Numbered from the whole stretch's first letter, positions 23,950-35,751 are shown. The stretch is 63,747 nucleotides of DNA, filler included, from 11 parts of 11 records of this genome joined end to end with filler, not necessarily neighbours in it; one strand, 5' to 3'. The notes: generated by a model not told the origin, from the sequence alone. Numbers and translations: made by a program.

Positions 23950-25334
23950 TTAAAGCTCATCAAATGTCTGCTTATGAACATCGATGTCCGAAGATATTTC
24001 AACAACGGCCGCCACATTCGTCATCTCTCCGGTTCCCTGTCTTGACCCCGCATCACTAGGTGTGACACTGAGCGCCTCTTTCCGCACAGCTTCTTCAACA
24101 GGCATCCCAAACTCGCCCAATGCATCCTCGTCTTCTTCCTTGACACTTTCAAGACCGAACGGCGTTGTAACCTGACCAAACAAGTCAGCTTGCCATCCTT
24201 CATGCATTGCAAATAGCTGTACCTCAGAGAGATGTGATTCCATCTGAGAAAGACTAATCCCCTGCGGCAAAACAATAACATAGTTGCAGTTGGTGTTTCT
24301 AAAAGTTTGCCTGCTTCTGCATGAAATCGCTCATAAGTGTCCGAGTGTCTTCCCCTTCATTTGTCTGCGTATAGATCTTTCTAACATTATCATTACTTGC
24401 GTGGTTTACGTGTGCCCTGAAAAACCAAATCCTGATCAGCCTAGCGTGCATAAAGGATAGCGTACTCAAATAGCATCTGCGAGTATTTGTTGATGAGAAC
24501 AGGGTTGACCTTCTTCTCACGGCCACAGGCATCAAAGCTCTGACAGTCTTCAGTGAGTGGGTGCGCTGCACGCCGTGTCACCTTGCGCTTCACGTACAAT
24601 TCTGGTGTCGGCTGCCGGGGCAGTCTGGGCAGCGAATCGGTCCTCCTTTTACTCTTTGTTGGTCGCAAAAACCCACCCCGGGTGTATTTGCAGCTCCTGA
24701 GGAACTTCCGGAAGTGCAGTGCATTCTTAGGTGGTGAGCTGTCTATTCGAGACCGCGCATCTCTGAGCAGATTTTCGTGGATTGCAAAGTCCTTCCTCTC
24801 GTTAAACGCTTGGAGCCAGCCTACCAGCCGGCTGACGCGCCCACTGTCGCGCTATCAGCTACCTGGCTTGTACTTGGGGTGCCGAGCCCGCGCCTCCTTG
24901 AATCGAATGATGTGCTCCTCCAGCTCAGTGTCAATCCTGCCACCCCAGTTGGCCCTCCAGGCGCCCTGGACCCGACCGTGGCGTGGCGGAGGAGATCAGA
25001 TTGGCCAGAATCTCGTCGGTCATGGCCTTTTCCTGCAGCGCCTTGTACCCCGGGCGCCACTTTTCGAGCTTTCGGTTGTACTCCATTTGCTCAGCCACGT
25101 GCTGCCGGTACAGGAGTGAGTGGCCGGCCAGGGCTGCATGGATGGCACCCTGGGGATCCAGCTGTCGATCCGGGTCTTGACGTTCGAGATCAGGTGCTCG
25201 TGGGTGGTCATGGTCTTGTGGATCATCGAGCGGCCGTAGCTGTTGGTTTGCACCACCGGGAAGCAGGCCCCCTGCGAGCGATTCTTGAGCCGCATGGACA
25301 CCGCCTCCGCCATCCCTGGCAGCTGGGTCCCCAT
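23950..25334 (-). CDS. Hypothetical protein with three repeats of an L(I/L)-x5-RID(S/T) motif, possibly CFAP97/KIAA1430-like
   Basis: Spliced model gives HLISNVKTRIDSWIP, NLISSATPRIDTEL and NLLRDARSRIDSSPP. Multiple introns including GC-AG 24262-24310. Confidence 0.5.
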
Positions 25335-25380
25335 TGCCGCTGCGGGAGTTACAGTGGCCGCCCAAGCCCTTTTTGGCTCC

Positions 25381-25402
25381 CGTCCGTTAAATTTAACGGA
25401 CG
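25381..25402. promoter_or_regulatory. Perfect 22-bp palindrome with two inverted AACGG sites in a bidirectional promoter
   Basis: CGTCCGTTAAATTTAACGGACG is its own reverse complement. It lies between divergent ATGs at 25334 (-) and 25466 (+). Confidence 0.6.
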
Positions 25403-25465
25403 ACACGGAAAGATGACTCACTCATCAAGGCAAGACTTTCTGACGAGCGAGCACCGGGAACCAAC

Positions 25466-26905
25466 ATGTCGAGCATCACAGAGATCACCGAGGAGCCATA
25501 CAAGGTTAAGGACATTGGTCTGGCCGCGTTCGGGCGGAAGGAGCTTGACCTCGCCGAGGTGGAGATGCCCGGTCTGATGGCTTTCCGCACCGAGTTCAAC
25601 AACAAGCCCTTCTCCAACTGCAAGATCATGGGCTCGTTGCACATGACCATCCAGACCGCCGTGCTGATCGAGACCCTCAAGGAGTGCGGCGCCGACGTGC
25701 GGTGGTGCTCTTGCAACATCTTCAGCACCCAGGACCACGCCGCCGCCGCCATCGCCGAGGCAAAGTCCGCGGCCGTCTTCGCATGGAAGGGCGAGACCAT
25801 CGAGGAGTACTGGTGGTGCACTCTGCAGGCCCTCACCTGGCCCGATGGCAGCGGCCCCGACATGATCGTGGATGACGGTGGCGATGCCACCCTGCTAATC
25901 CACGAGGGCGTGGCCGCCGAGATCGCGTTCGAGGCGGATGGCACCCTGCCCGACCTCGAGGGCAAGACCGGCGAGTTCCTGGTGGTGCTCACCCTGATCA
26001 AGGGCCTGCTCGAGAAGGGCGTGACCAACAAGTGGCGCCCGATGGTTGAGAAGTTCGTCGGCGTGTCTGAGGAGACCACCACCGGCGTGCACCGGCTGCA
26101 ACAGATGGCTGCCCAGGGCAAGCTGCTCTTCCCGGCTATCAACGTTAACGACTGCGTGACCAAGTCCAAGTTTGACAACCTGTACGGCTGCCGCCACTCG
26201 CTGGTTGACGCCATCTACCGGGCCACCGACGTCATGCTGGCTGGCAAGGTCGCGTGCTGCTGTGGGTTTGGCGATGTTGGCAAGGGCTCCGCCATGTCTC
26301 TCCGGGCTGCTGGCGCTCGTGTGATCGTGACCGAGATCGATCCGATCTGTGCTCTTCAGGCACTCATGGAGGGCTACCAAGTGGGGACCACTGAGGACGC
26401 AATTGCGGCTGGTGCCGACATCTTTGTGACTTGCACCGGCAACAAGGACATCCTTAAGGCTGACACCATCATGAAGATGAAGAACAACGCCATCGTGTGC
26501 AACATCGGGCACTTTGACAACGAGATCGAAGTGGAAGTCCTCCGCGCAATCGAGGGTGTGAGCGTGGAGAACATCAAGCCGCAGGTCGACCGGTTCGTGC
26601 GGCCGGACGGCTCCGGCATCATCCTGCTCGCTGAGGGCCGGCTGGTCAACCTGGGCTGTGCCACTGGCCACCCGAGCTTTGTCATGTCGTGCTCCTTCAC
26701 TAACCAGGCTCTGGCCCAGCTCGAGCTATGGACCAACAAGGACAGCGGCAAGTACGAGAAGCAGGTCTACTTGCTGCCCAAGCAGCTGGACGAGAAGGTG
26801 GCTCGTCTGCACCTCGAGAAGCTCGGCGCCAACCTGACCGTGCTCAGCCAAGAGCAGGCCGACTACATTGATGTAAAGGTCGATGGGCCATACAAGCCCG
26901 ACACC
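25466..26905 (+). CDS. AHCY: S-adenosyl-L-homocysteine hydrolase (3' end cut at contig edge)
   Basis: Motifs [88 protein letters not shown]. Has the catalytic-domain insertion that animal and fungal AHCY lack. Intronless. Confidence 0.98.
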
Positions 26906-27005
26906 NNNNNNNNNNNNNNNNNNNNNNNNNNNNNNNNNNNNNNNNNNNNTTAATTAATTAANNNNNNNNNNNNNNNNNNNNNNNNNNNNNNNNNNNNNNN
27001 NNNNN

Positions 27006-27695
27006 GAGGCGGGGGCGGGGCTGGACCTACAGGATCCATATGGCCGCACCGCCCTAACTTGGGCTGCATATTTCGGCCGCAGCGAGACAGTACTGGCGCT
27101 GGTTAGGGCGGGAGCAAGGCTGGACCTGCCGGACAATAGCGGGGTGACGACGCTTATGGCCACAGCTCGCAAGGGCCGAACCAAGATGGTGACGGTTCTC
27201 ATCGGAGCCGGGGCAAATCTTGACTTGCTTGACCGTCGGGGTGTGACCGCGCTGATGTGGGCAGCGCTGCCGGGTCACGCCGAGTCGGCGGCGGCGCTGA
27301 TCAAGGCCGGGGCGGGGCTGGACGTGCAGGACGAGGTTGGTGAGACGGCGCTGATGATCGCGGCTCGGACCGGCTGCACAGAGATGCTGGCGGTGCTGAT
27401 CGGGGCGGGGGCATCGCAAGACCTGAAGGACCAGGCCGGTGAGACTGCGCTGAAGAAGGCGACTGCCGAGGGCCACACCAAGATCGCGGCGGTGTTGGTT
27501 GGGGCGGGGGCGGGGCTAGATATGAGAGAGATCTATAAAGGCTATTTTCAAGGGATCAAGGAGTCACGAATCCGGCCGGAGACAGCTCAAGGGACCACGA
27601 CGACTCTGCCTCAAGGGACCACGACGCCTATTTGCCAGGACAAAGGCGTCGTTGTCGAGTATGCGACAGCTATACCTCGGCACTTGCTCATTTGA
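27006..27695 (+). CDS. Ankyrin-repeat protein, 5'-truncated
   Basis: Tandem 33-aa units with G-x-T-A-L-M-x-A-A and LIGAGA-x-LD. The frame is open from the contig start. Confidence 0.85.
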   Translation, partial: EAGAGLDLQDPYGRTALTWAAYFGRSETVLALVRAGARLDLPDNSGVTTLMATARKGRTKMVTVLIGAGANLDLLDRRGVTALMWAALPGHAESAAALIKAGAGLDVQDEVGETALMIAARTGCTEMLAVLIGAGASQDLKDQAGETALKKATAEGHTKIAAVLVGAGAGLDMREIYKGYFQGIKESRIRPETAQGTTTTLPQGTTTPICQDKGVVVEYATAIPRHLLI

Positions 27696-27985
27696 TCTGA
27701 GTACGTGTGAGTAAAGCCTAGAGAGAACAGGCCGCGCGAGATGTGCAGCAACTAATAAGAGATGACCAGTTTAGCAATATCTTAACATTAAATTTGTTCT
27801 GTACACATGATTGTGTAATCCGTCAGGTTACATTGATTATTGAGTCCAATCGAGATATGATCATGACTCATGCTTAAATCTACATTAAATCATGCCTTTT
27901 GATCGCCGATGCAAGGCGACTACAACAGGCCAAAAGCTCCAGCTCGAGACTCGAGCCTCGAGTGCAGCTTAAGTGCCGGGTCAGT

Positions 27986-29993
27986 TCAGTTTGAGCAACG
28001 GACTTCAATTGCCAGAGACACCGGCCAATCTTGCACTGGGCAGACATCGCCGCCATAGAGCTTCGGGTCAGTGGGCACAACACACGACGACCGGCCGACG
28101 CATCGGTTGGCTACCAATGCAGCCACGCCTGCAGGGTGGCACGAGCCAGCCTTGAAACCGTTGATGCAATCGCCTGAAGGGTTTCCAAAGGCTCCAAACG
28201 GGACTGAGCCTATCGTGCCGCCTGGGCAGTTCAGCGTGACAGTGGCAAGATTAGTGGGCCAATCAGAAGGGGCCCGGGCACTGCACCGACCGGCTCACTA
28301 ACAGACTAACGGCGAGGGCACCGCATGGTCTTGCCTAATGTATGAGAGCACATTGGCTGAGGCTGTCCGTACATGCATCCCATCGAAGGCGAGCAACTGG
28401 ACCGTCCATCAGCCAGCGCCTGCAAGCCGAGCCCACCCGTTCCAGCCATATAAAGGGTTGGCAGCAGTGAAGACCGAGCCGTCCACGTCGCCCCAAAGCT
28501 CGAAGCCCGAAGTACCCTGCAGAGCACTCTTATGTGAGAGGAAACCGGTTGATCGGAGATGCACCTCGATGCCCTCAGAGTACATCATATAGCCGTCCAT
28601 AAACCCACCCCCAGCCGCTCCAGGGCACGGCCGTGAGACATTGAACGCGTGGAACCGCCAGCCACGCGAGGCGTGTCCAGCTGCCCGCTGCTCTCAGCCC
28701 TGTGGAATCTATTAATAACGCTGTTACCAGCGTACGAATCCAGGCTGACGCCCTTACGAGTAGCGTGGGCTAGGTCCTCTGGGTCGTTCAGCTTTATGTG
28801 GTAGTCCAGCACCTGGCCAACCCGTCAGCTCTATACGTTAGTGCCACTAAGGACAGCCACCCTGTCATAGCCCCAGCCCTCGCCCACAAACCCCTGATGA
28901 AGCTCTCGCACCCACGCGCTCCAGTCCGCCCAGCTCGCATGGCTCTTGCCCGGCGCGTCCCTTCGCATAGTAAACCCAACCCACATCGAGTAGTTTGTCA
29001 CGCGGCGCGGCCCGGCGAACGGTGCAGTCGTGACCTCAAACCCAACGTGCTCACAGCCTTGCTCCGACCGGTGACTGAGCGCCGTCCCGGGTAGCATGCT
29101 GCTCAAGTAAGACTCCGCCGCCGCCGTCTCCAGCACGGCGGCCCGCGCCTGTACACGCTCACCGGTGTGGCTGGGCGGCGGTGGTGCCTGGATCATAATG
29201 GGCTGGGCCAGCGTCGTGTTGGGAACAGTCTGAGCCCAGCCTTCCAGGGCAGTAGCCCGGACCCAGCTCTGCATGTAGTACTCCACAGGCCGTGCCAGCC
29301 AGTGCGCCGAGCCGCACTCAGCAGGTCCGAACGGTCCAATGTCGGGGCAGCCCGAGCAAGCCGGAGCTTGGAGCTCTAGCGTGTGCCCGTTACCTGCTGA
29401 TGGCTAGGAAACCCCAACGGTTGGTGCGGCACCTGGCGAGACCACCAGGGCCACGTACATCTTGCCGCCGGCCTGGGTCTGGTACTGCCGGGCTAGGTAG
29501 GCCACCCCGTCCTTATCGAACGCTGCCAGGTGCGGCCCGAGATCCGGAGCGAAGAATGCCGTAGCGTACTCATGGAACTGGCTCTTGGCGTCGTCGCGGA
29601 CCGCCTGCCGGTGGATGGCTGTCCGTTGGGCGTCCCAGCCGGCCAGGTCTGTTCCGTTGGGCGGCGCTGCGGCGGTGGTGCTCGAAGTGGGGAAGTGGAC
29701 TCCAATGTTATCAGGGGCTGCCGACCAGTAACGGCAAAGCCACCCGGGGAGGCACCGGCGTGCATCAGCCAGCGGTCCAGGCAGCCGTCGTGCGTGGACA
29801 TCGAATCCACCCGGCCTGCCCTCGGGTGAGCGTCCCTGGTCGGCGGGGCGGGACCGAAATAGGATGTCCAGAACTGCTGGTCGGCCCCGCCGTTGGAAGA
29901 AGCAAGCGTCCGCTTCGAGAGCACGTAAGCCGCGCAGGGCAGCGACGCCCCGAGGCAGACCAGGAGCAGAGGCAGCCCGCGCGAGAGAGCCAT
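27986..29993 (-). CDS. Secreted protein with uncharacterised N-terminal domain(s) and C-terminal SUEL/Gal-lectin domain
   Basis: Signal peptide MALSRGLPLLLVCLGASLPCAA. The last exon, absent from the ORF track, reads VTLNCPGGTIGSVPFGAFGNPSGDCINGFKAGSCHP..RCVGRSSCVVP..GGDVCP..SLAIEVRCSN*, the Cys pattern of plant beta-galactosidase-type Gal_Lectin. Internal exon boundaries only partly resolved. Confidence 0.7.
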
Positions 29994-30291
29994 GGCTTTG
30001 TGATCGAAAAGGCGCCGCGGAGGCGCTTAACCTGGGCTCTATCAGCAGTTACCAACGGCAATAGCGTGAGGATTTATTTTATCCTCAGTTCGGGCAAGCA
30101 AGCTGGCTTCCAAGGGTGCACCATAGATATCGCGCATGGCCTCGTGGTTGGTGGCTGCCGTACGCAGAGCCCTGCATGCACCAAACGATCANNNNNNNNN
30201 NNNNNNNNNNNNNNNNNNNNNNNNNNNNNNNNNNNTTAATTAATTAANNNNNNNNNNNNNNNNNNNNNNNNNNNNNNNNNNNNNNNNNNNN

Positions 30292-30321
30292 TTGATTGAT
30301 TGATTGATTGATTGATTGATT
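30292..30321 (+). repeat. (TTGA)n microsatellite at contig start
   Basis: About 7 tandem TTGA units directly after the spacer. Confidence 0.85.
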
Positions 30322-30562
30322 ATAGATTTTAAAACTTTTTGATCAGTTCAAAATTAATCACCACCGTAATCGTGCGTAACGTTGTGATAAGCCTGGTCTT
30401 TCTTTTTCTTCTGGGCCGGTTCTTCCTCGTAGAGTTCTTCCTCAGGGCGCTCACCACGCAAGTGGGTGTCCATGTGGTTCTTCCTCGTAGAACTCTACGT
30501 AAAAGAACAATACACGTGTGCAGTTGCAGTGGCTATTGATTATTGTTCCAGTGATGACATCG

Positions 30563-31826
30563 TCACGATACATGCTCAAACCTATATCGAATCGGCTCAG
30601 CTTTCTTCTGCGGCCCGAGCACGATCACGTCGTTCGGGTTGAGCGGGCTGGCCTGGCCCTTGACCAGCTTGTCCGTGTTTAAGTAGGTCCCATTTGTGCT
30701 AAGGTCTGTGATCGTCCACTGTGCTCCTGCCCAGCCGATCTCGAGGTGCAGTCCAGACACGACGTTGGACGGCACCACCACGTCGCTCTTGGCCTGCACC
30801 CGCCCCAGCCGAGTGGTCTTCCGGCCAAGTTTGATCACGGCCGGAGCTCCGTCGGTTGCCGACCCGTTTTGCTCGAGTAACAGCACTGCGTGCCCGGGCT
30901 GTGACTCCTCCGGCTGGGTGTGCTGCGTCATCGGCAGCGAGCCAGCTGGTGGCCCTGTCCAGCCACTCGCGCTAGGCGGCCTGCTGGCCACGGCCTCCAG
31001 CGGCATTGGCTGGATGGCGGCTTCAGCAGCAGCCCTGTGAGTGCAGGCAGTTGTTAGAATGTGCAGAAGGAAAGGCGGCTGCTCACCCTGGCTGGTGCTC
31101 CATCTCGCCCGCCTTGCGCTTGGGCTGCCGGCACGAGGGGCAGCTCCGAATGTGTTGCTTCAGAGCGGGCATGTTCCTGCACTCGAGGCCACATAGGTGA
31201 CACCTCAGAGGGCCCTCAAGCAGCCGCTCTGCAGCAGCCAAGTCCGGCTGGACAGTGCCCGCCAGCACGCTCGCCCGCAGCCGGTCGGCCGTGACGAAGA
31301 AGCCGGAGGTGAAGCTGAGCCAATGCTTCTTCTTCTTCATGGACTCACTTTCGAAATCCTGACTGACCAGGTGCAGATGCAGCGGGCGCATGGACGGCAC
31401 CGCGTGCACCCCGCACCGCATCGGCCCGGCCGCGCCCCGCCGCTCGAGCCCGCTGGCAATCCACCCGGCCAGCTGGGTCATGTGGTCCAGTAGCCCGGCG
31501 TGCTCCCGCCGGAGGGCCAGGGGACCGGACAGCTGCTCGTCCCTGGGGATGATTAGCAGGTGCACCAGAGCCTTGGGGTAGGCGTCATAGATCACAGCGC
31601 ACCGGCTGTCCTCATAGTACACTTGCGCGTCGGTCCATCGCAGTTGCCCGCCGCACCAGGCCGGCTTCACCGCCGGCGGGCTGTATTCGGGCGGCTCTGA
31701 CTGCGGAGGCTCGGAGCCTGGTTGCACTCCGCACGCTGCGAAGCTGAGGTGTGACCGTCGCTGGGAGGTCACGACGTACGAGTCGTCGACCACGTCCTGT
31801 GAGTACGGCTCCTGCTGCCACGGCAT
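30563..31826 (-). CDS. APTX: Aprataxin-like protein (HIT + C2H2-type zinc finger) with C-terminal FHA domain
   Basis: DAYPKALVHLLIIPR, HAVPSMRPLHLHLVSQDF, KKHWLSF, CHLC..LKQH. A GT-AG intron at about 31035-31086 joins HQPG in frame to an FHA domain (LGR..VSGLHLEI..DLSTNGTYLN). An extra 3' exon to about 30353 is possible. Confidence 0.85.
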
Positions 31827-31897
31827 TCGCCTAGGGGGGGGGCCACCCGCAGTGCCTCGAACCATCCGGAAGTCGTCGGCCGGTTCGGGCGAGAAAG

Positions 31898-32582
31898 ATG
31901 CTGGTCAGGGTGCTGGCGAGCCGCGGTGTTTGCGCGGCCCGCAGACTGGGGACGAGCCGGCCTACCCAACTGCGCCGAATCACCGCGACGGCTGGCCGAG
32001 TGCCCCAGCTCCCGCTGGTCGGAGCCCGCTGGCACTCGACGGCGCCGGAGGAAGAGGAGCGCCGGCCCGAGCCGGCGGCCGAGCCGGTACGAGAGCTGGT
32101 CTACGAGGTGGCCCCGGGGAGGGGGCAGCCGGCTGAGTACTGGCGGTGCACAGGGGCCGTTCCACGGGCTGCTCCGCAAGGTGAAGATGGTCTCGGTGTT
32201 CAGCTCAGCAGCCACGCTGATTAGCATGCCGATCCTGAGCATGCTCAATACGTCGATCTCGCTGCAGGGCCGAGTGACCATCGCATTCACCTGCTGCGTG
32301 TTCGCGGTGGGCACCACCGCCACGGTGCAGTGGGTTGGGTCGCCATACGTGGCGCGAATCTGGCGGCTGGACCAGGACGATGACGCTGGCCAAATAGAGG
32401 TGGAGACGTACAATCTATTCGCCCGGTCCAAGCTGGCTCAGTTCGGGCTGCCAGACGTGCGCTCGCCGGGCAGTGCCAACCCGTTTGTCTCTTTCTCGGC
32501 CAACGATCGGAACTACTACATTCACAAGAACTCTGAGTTGTTCTCCTCGCTCGAGTTGTATCAAAAGCTCCAACGCGCGTAG
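31898..32582 (+). CDS. TMEM70-family mitochondrial membrane protein
   Basis: Arg-rich mitochondrial presequence. After intron 32108-32153: LVYEGPFHGLLRKVKMVSVFS, two TM segments, SPYVARIW and VETYNLF. Confidence 0.75.
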
Positions 32583-32769
32583 CGCTGAAGGGCAGCTCGG
32601 GCCACCTATCCCGTGTGGGGCGTGGCTCGATTAAATGCCAAGTCAATGGCTACATTGTTAATAATCTAGCCTCAACTTGAATCAACGACAGTAGCCTGGC
32701 TGACAGTGAGCTGCAGTCCTCACCACAGACACCAGGCTCAACGCCAACGGATCCACCGCGAGCGTATCG

Positions 32770-33121
32770 ATGTCGATTCCGGTTGCGGGCCCGAGCCAGG
32801 GGGGGGGCTTACCGGGGGAGGACAGGTGAACCCGAAGCCGTTCCTGGCGGAGCTGACGGGTAAGAGCCTGGTGGTCAAGCTCAAGTGGGGGATGGAGTAC
32901 AAGGGTTATCTGGTCTCGGTGGACGCATACATGAACCTCCAGCTGGCCGGCACCCAAGAGTGGATAGACGGAAACCTCACCGGCAACCTCGGCGAGGTCC
33001 CCCGCCTGGGGCGCGGGCGCCCCCGGCTCACTACTGGCCGGGCCAGGTGCTCATCAGGTGCAACAATGTTCTCTACCTACGCGCGGCGCCCGAGGACGGA
33101 GAGATGGAGGATGACGATTAG
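32770..33121 (+). CDS. SNRPF: Small nuclear ribonucleoprotein F
   Basis: [60 protein letters not shown]. Introns 32782-32825 and 32997-33046. Confidence 0.95.
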
Positions 33122-33711
33122 ACTCGCGCGCTGGTCGGGGGACGGGGGACGCCAACAGCCGTCGCTGGCTCGAGGGCGCGCTGGGCGGGGTTGGTCGAGC
33201 AGCGAGCTACTTGCCTCGGTGCCAGGATGGACGGCGGTGGCGCACTTGAGCAGAGGGCTCGTACAGGGCTCGGGGTGTTAGGACGTAAGTTAGGACGGTC
33301 TGCTTGTGGTAGCCTGTAAGTAGTAAAGGAACCATTGGCGCTGATCTAGCTGACCTGCTGTTTCCGCCGCGCTCGGTGTCATCGGTCGGCGGTTGTTTCT
33401 TAAGAATTTCGGCTTACGAGCCTGGCTCGGTCACGGCAAATGTCATGATGTTATATAGTTCTCTCCGAGCACCTCAAGATATCGTTTATTAGAATAGGTC
33501 GTCCAGCTTCTGGATTGTCGCATCAGAGATGCTCGATCGCCTCGAGGTGGCAGGCGTGCTACTTCGACTGGTGTTCGACCGANNNNNNNNNNNNNNNNNN
33601 NNNNNNNNNNNNNNNNNNNNNNNNNNTTAATTAATTAANNNNNNNNNNNNNNNNNNNNNNNNNNNNNNNNNNNNNNNNNNNNGAGAAGACCCTCTAACGG
33701 ACAAAACTTTG

Positions 33712-35751
33712 CTAATAGCCCATCTTTGCTAGGCGCGCTTCCATTGCGTCGGAGGCCTTATCCGGTTGTGGGATCTTCCTGGCGGGCTTCTTTGATTGGC
33801 TACTACGTCGCTGCGGCTTCCTCTCGGCGCTGCCTTCGGAAAGCATCCGGTCCGCTTCCTCCAGCATCGAAGTTCGCTTCTTGGGCTCACTCTGGTTGCT
33901 CGGCTTGCTGGGAGGCTCCCTCCTCGGTGCTTCCTTTTTGGGTGCCTCGCGGGCCGACGGCTTGACCTGTCAGCCTGGTGAGCCAGGCACCGGCAGCTGG
34001 GCACCTCAGCTTGCATCCCCTGCTTGAGCTGGCTCATCTCCTTCTCCATCTGCCTCACCTTGCCGGCCTCTTCCTTGGCCGCCCGCTTGCTTTGCTCTAG
34101 CTCGGCCTTGAGCTTTTGCTCCTCCCGCGAGGTAGCCCTGTTAGCAAGGGCATCCGTCTGCGCCCAGGTCAGCCGCGCCCACGGGCAGCCGCACCTCCTG
34201 GACCCTTAGCGAGCGCACGTGCCCTGCGACCTGCTGGAACTCTGCGCACACGCCCATAAAGCCCTCAAGCTCCTTTGGCAGCCTCAGCGTGAAGGCACTC
34301 ACGAACTCGCTTTTTGAGATCTTGCCGTCGCTGTCCTTGTCAATTCCGAGTATCATCGACCTGTTCTTCTGCTCGCTCCAGGCCCGGTCCTTCTGGCCGA
34401 GCGCTTGCCGCGCCGTCCCGAGCTGCATCAGCTCAGCCGGTTCCACAAACCCACTGGAGTCCAGATCGAAAGCGTTGAACACTTGCTCTAGCGTCTGCTT
34501 CTTCACCCTGGCGATCTCCTGGTCCGACTTGGGCACGGGCGCCGCTGGCGCCGGCTGCTCCTTGTTCAACTGCTTCTGGAGCTGCTCGGCTTCGCGCTCA
34601 AGCCTCCTAGCAGCTGTAGGGGTTAGCCGAGTCTTAAGCTCCTCTTCGAGAGTCGAGATCTTCTTGTTCGCCTTGGCCAGCGCATCCTCCGTCTGGAAGA
34701 TCGCGACCCGGTTGTCCTCCAGCTGCTTTTTCATCGCGGCTACGTCCGGCGCCATTTGGGGTCCCTCCGCCTTCTTGGCGTTCAGCGCCGCCTGCAGTTT
34801 CTGCTTGCCGGCCTTCACTTCATCTTGGAGAGACTTGTTCTCGTCCACCTTCTCCCGGAGCTCCTGCTTGGCCTGGCCCAGGTCCGACTTGAGTGCCCTG
34901 ACTTCATTAAACGTGGGCGATTTAGCTGCTTCTGGCCTGCCACCAGCCGCGGGGGCCGGAGTATCGGGCGTGCTCGCAAGTTCCTTCCTCAGGCTGGCCG
35001 CCTCGTCGTCCGAGATCTTCTTGGACCGCTGCACGCTGGCCAGCTGCTTCTCGGCGCTGGCTGCCTTCTCGTCCGCGGCCGAGATCCTTTGCTCGAGCTG
35101 GCTGGTTCGGCTATCTAGTCGCTCCTGCGCCGCCTGCAGCTTCTTCTCCAGGCTGGAGCACTTGGTCACCAGCGCCGAGTCCGCGTCGCTCGCCGCCTCG
35201 CTCGCGACCGGCTCGGCGGCCGGGGCGGCCGGCTCCTCCAGCTTGGCCTGGAGATCGCCGTTGGCCGCCTTCATCGCCGCCAGCTCGGCCTCGAGCTCGG
35301 CCTGCTTCTGGGCCCCGGTCTTGGTGGCCTGGTCGGCGGCGGCCTGGGCCTCGCTCAGGCTGGCCTTGAGCTGCTCCAGCTGGTCGTGCAGGTCCTCGAT
35401 CTGGTCCTCCTTGTCGAGCAGGGTGGCCTCCCGGGCTGAGAGCATCGACTGGGCCTTGTGCGCCTGGAACGAGTCGGAGGCCAGCTCGTGCTTGATCTCG
35501 CCCTCGAGGTACTCGGCCTTCTTCTTCAGATCGCCCCGCTGGTTCCTCGGCGAGGCGATCAATTCCTCCTGGACGGTTGCTAGCTCAGTGTTGAGGTTCT
35601 TGACGAGCGCCGCCGGGTCGGGCGATTTCTCCCGGAGTTTGCTCAGGTCGATCGGCGGGGTGGGCGAGGGTGACGGCTTGAAGAAGCCGCTCGGCTCGGC
35701 GGCCGGCTCAGCAGCCGGCTCGGCGGCGGGCTCGTCCTTGAAGAAGCTCAT
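33712..35751 (-). CDS. Coiled-coil protein with EF-hand pair
   Basis: MSFFKDEP start, long heptad region, EF loops DLDSSGFVEPAE and DKDSDGKISKSE. Two 3' introns extend the protein to ..ARLAKMGY*. Confidence 0.75.

Noticed and set aside
27586-27626. Direct repeat CTCAAGGGACCACGACG, two copies 24 nt apart
   Set aside because: Small in-frame coding duplication (QGTTT twice) in the ankyrin protein tail. No element hallmarks.
30292-30321. (TTGA)n at a contig end as a possible telomere
   Set aside because: Short, not a G-rich telomere-type unit. More likely a microsatellite that broke the assembly.
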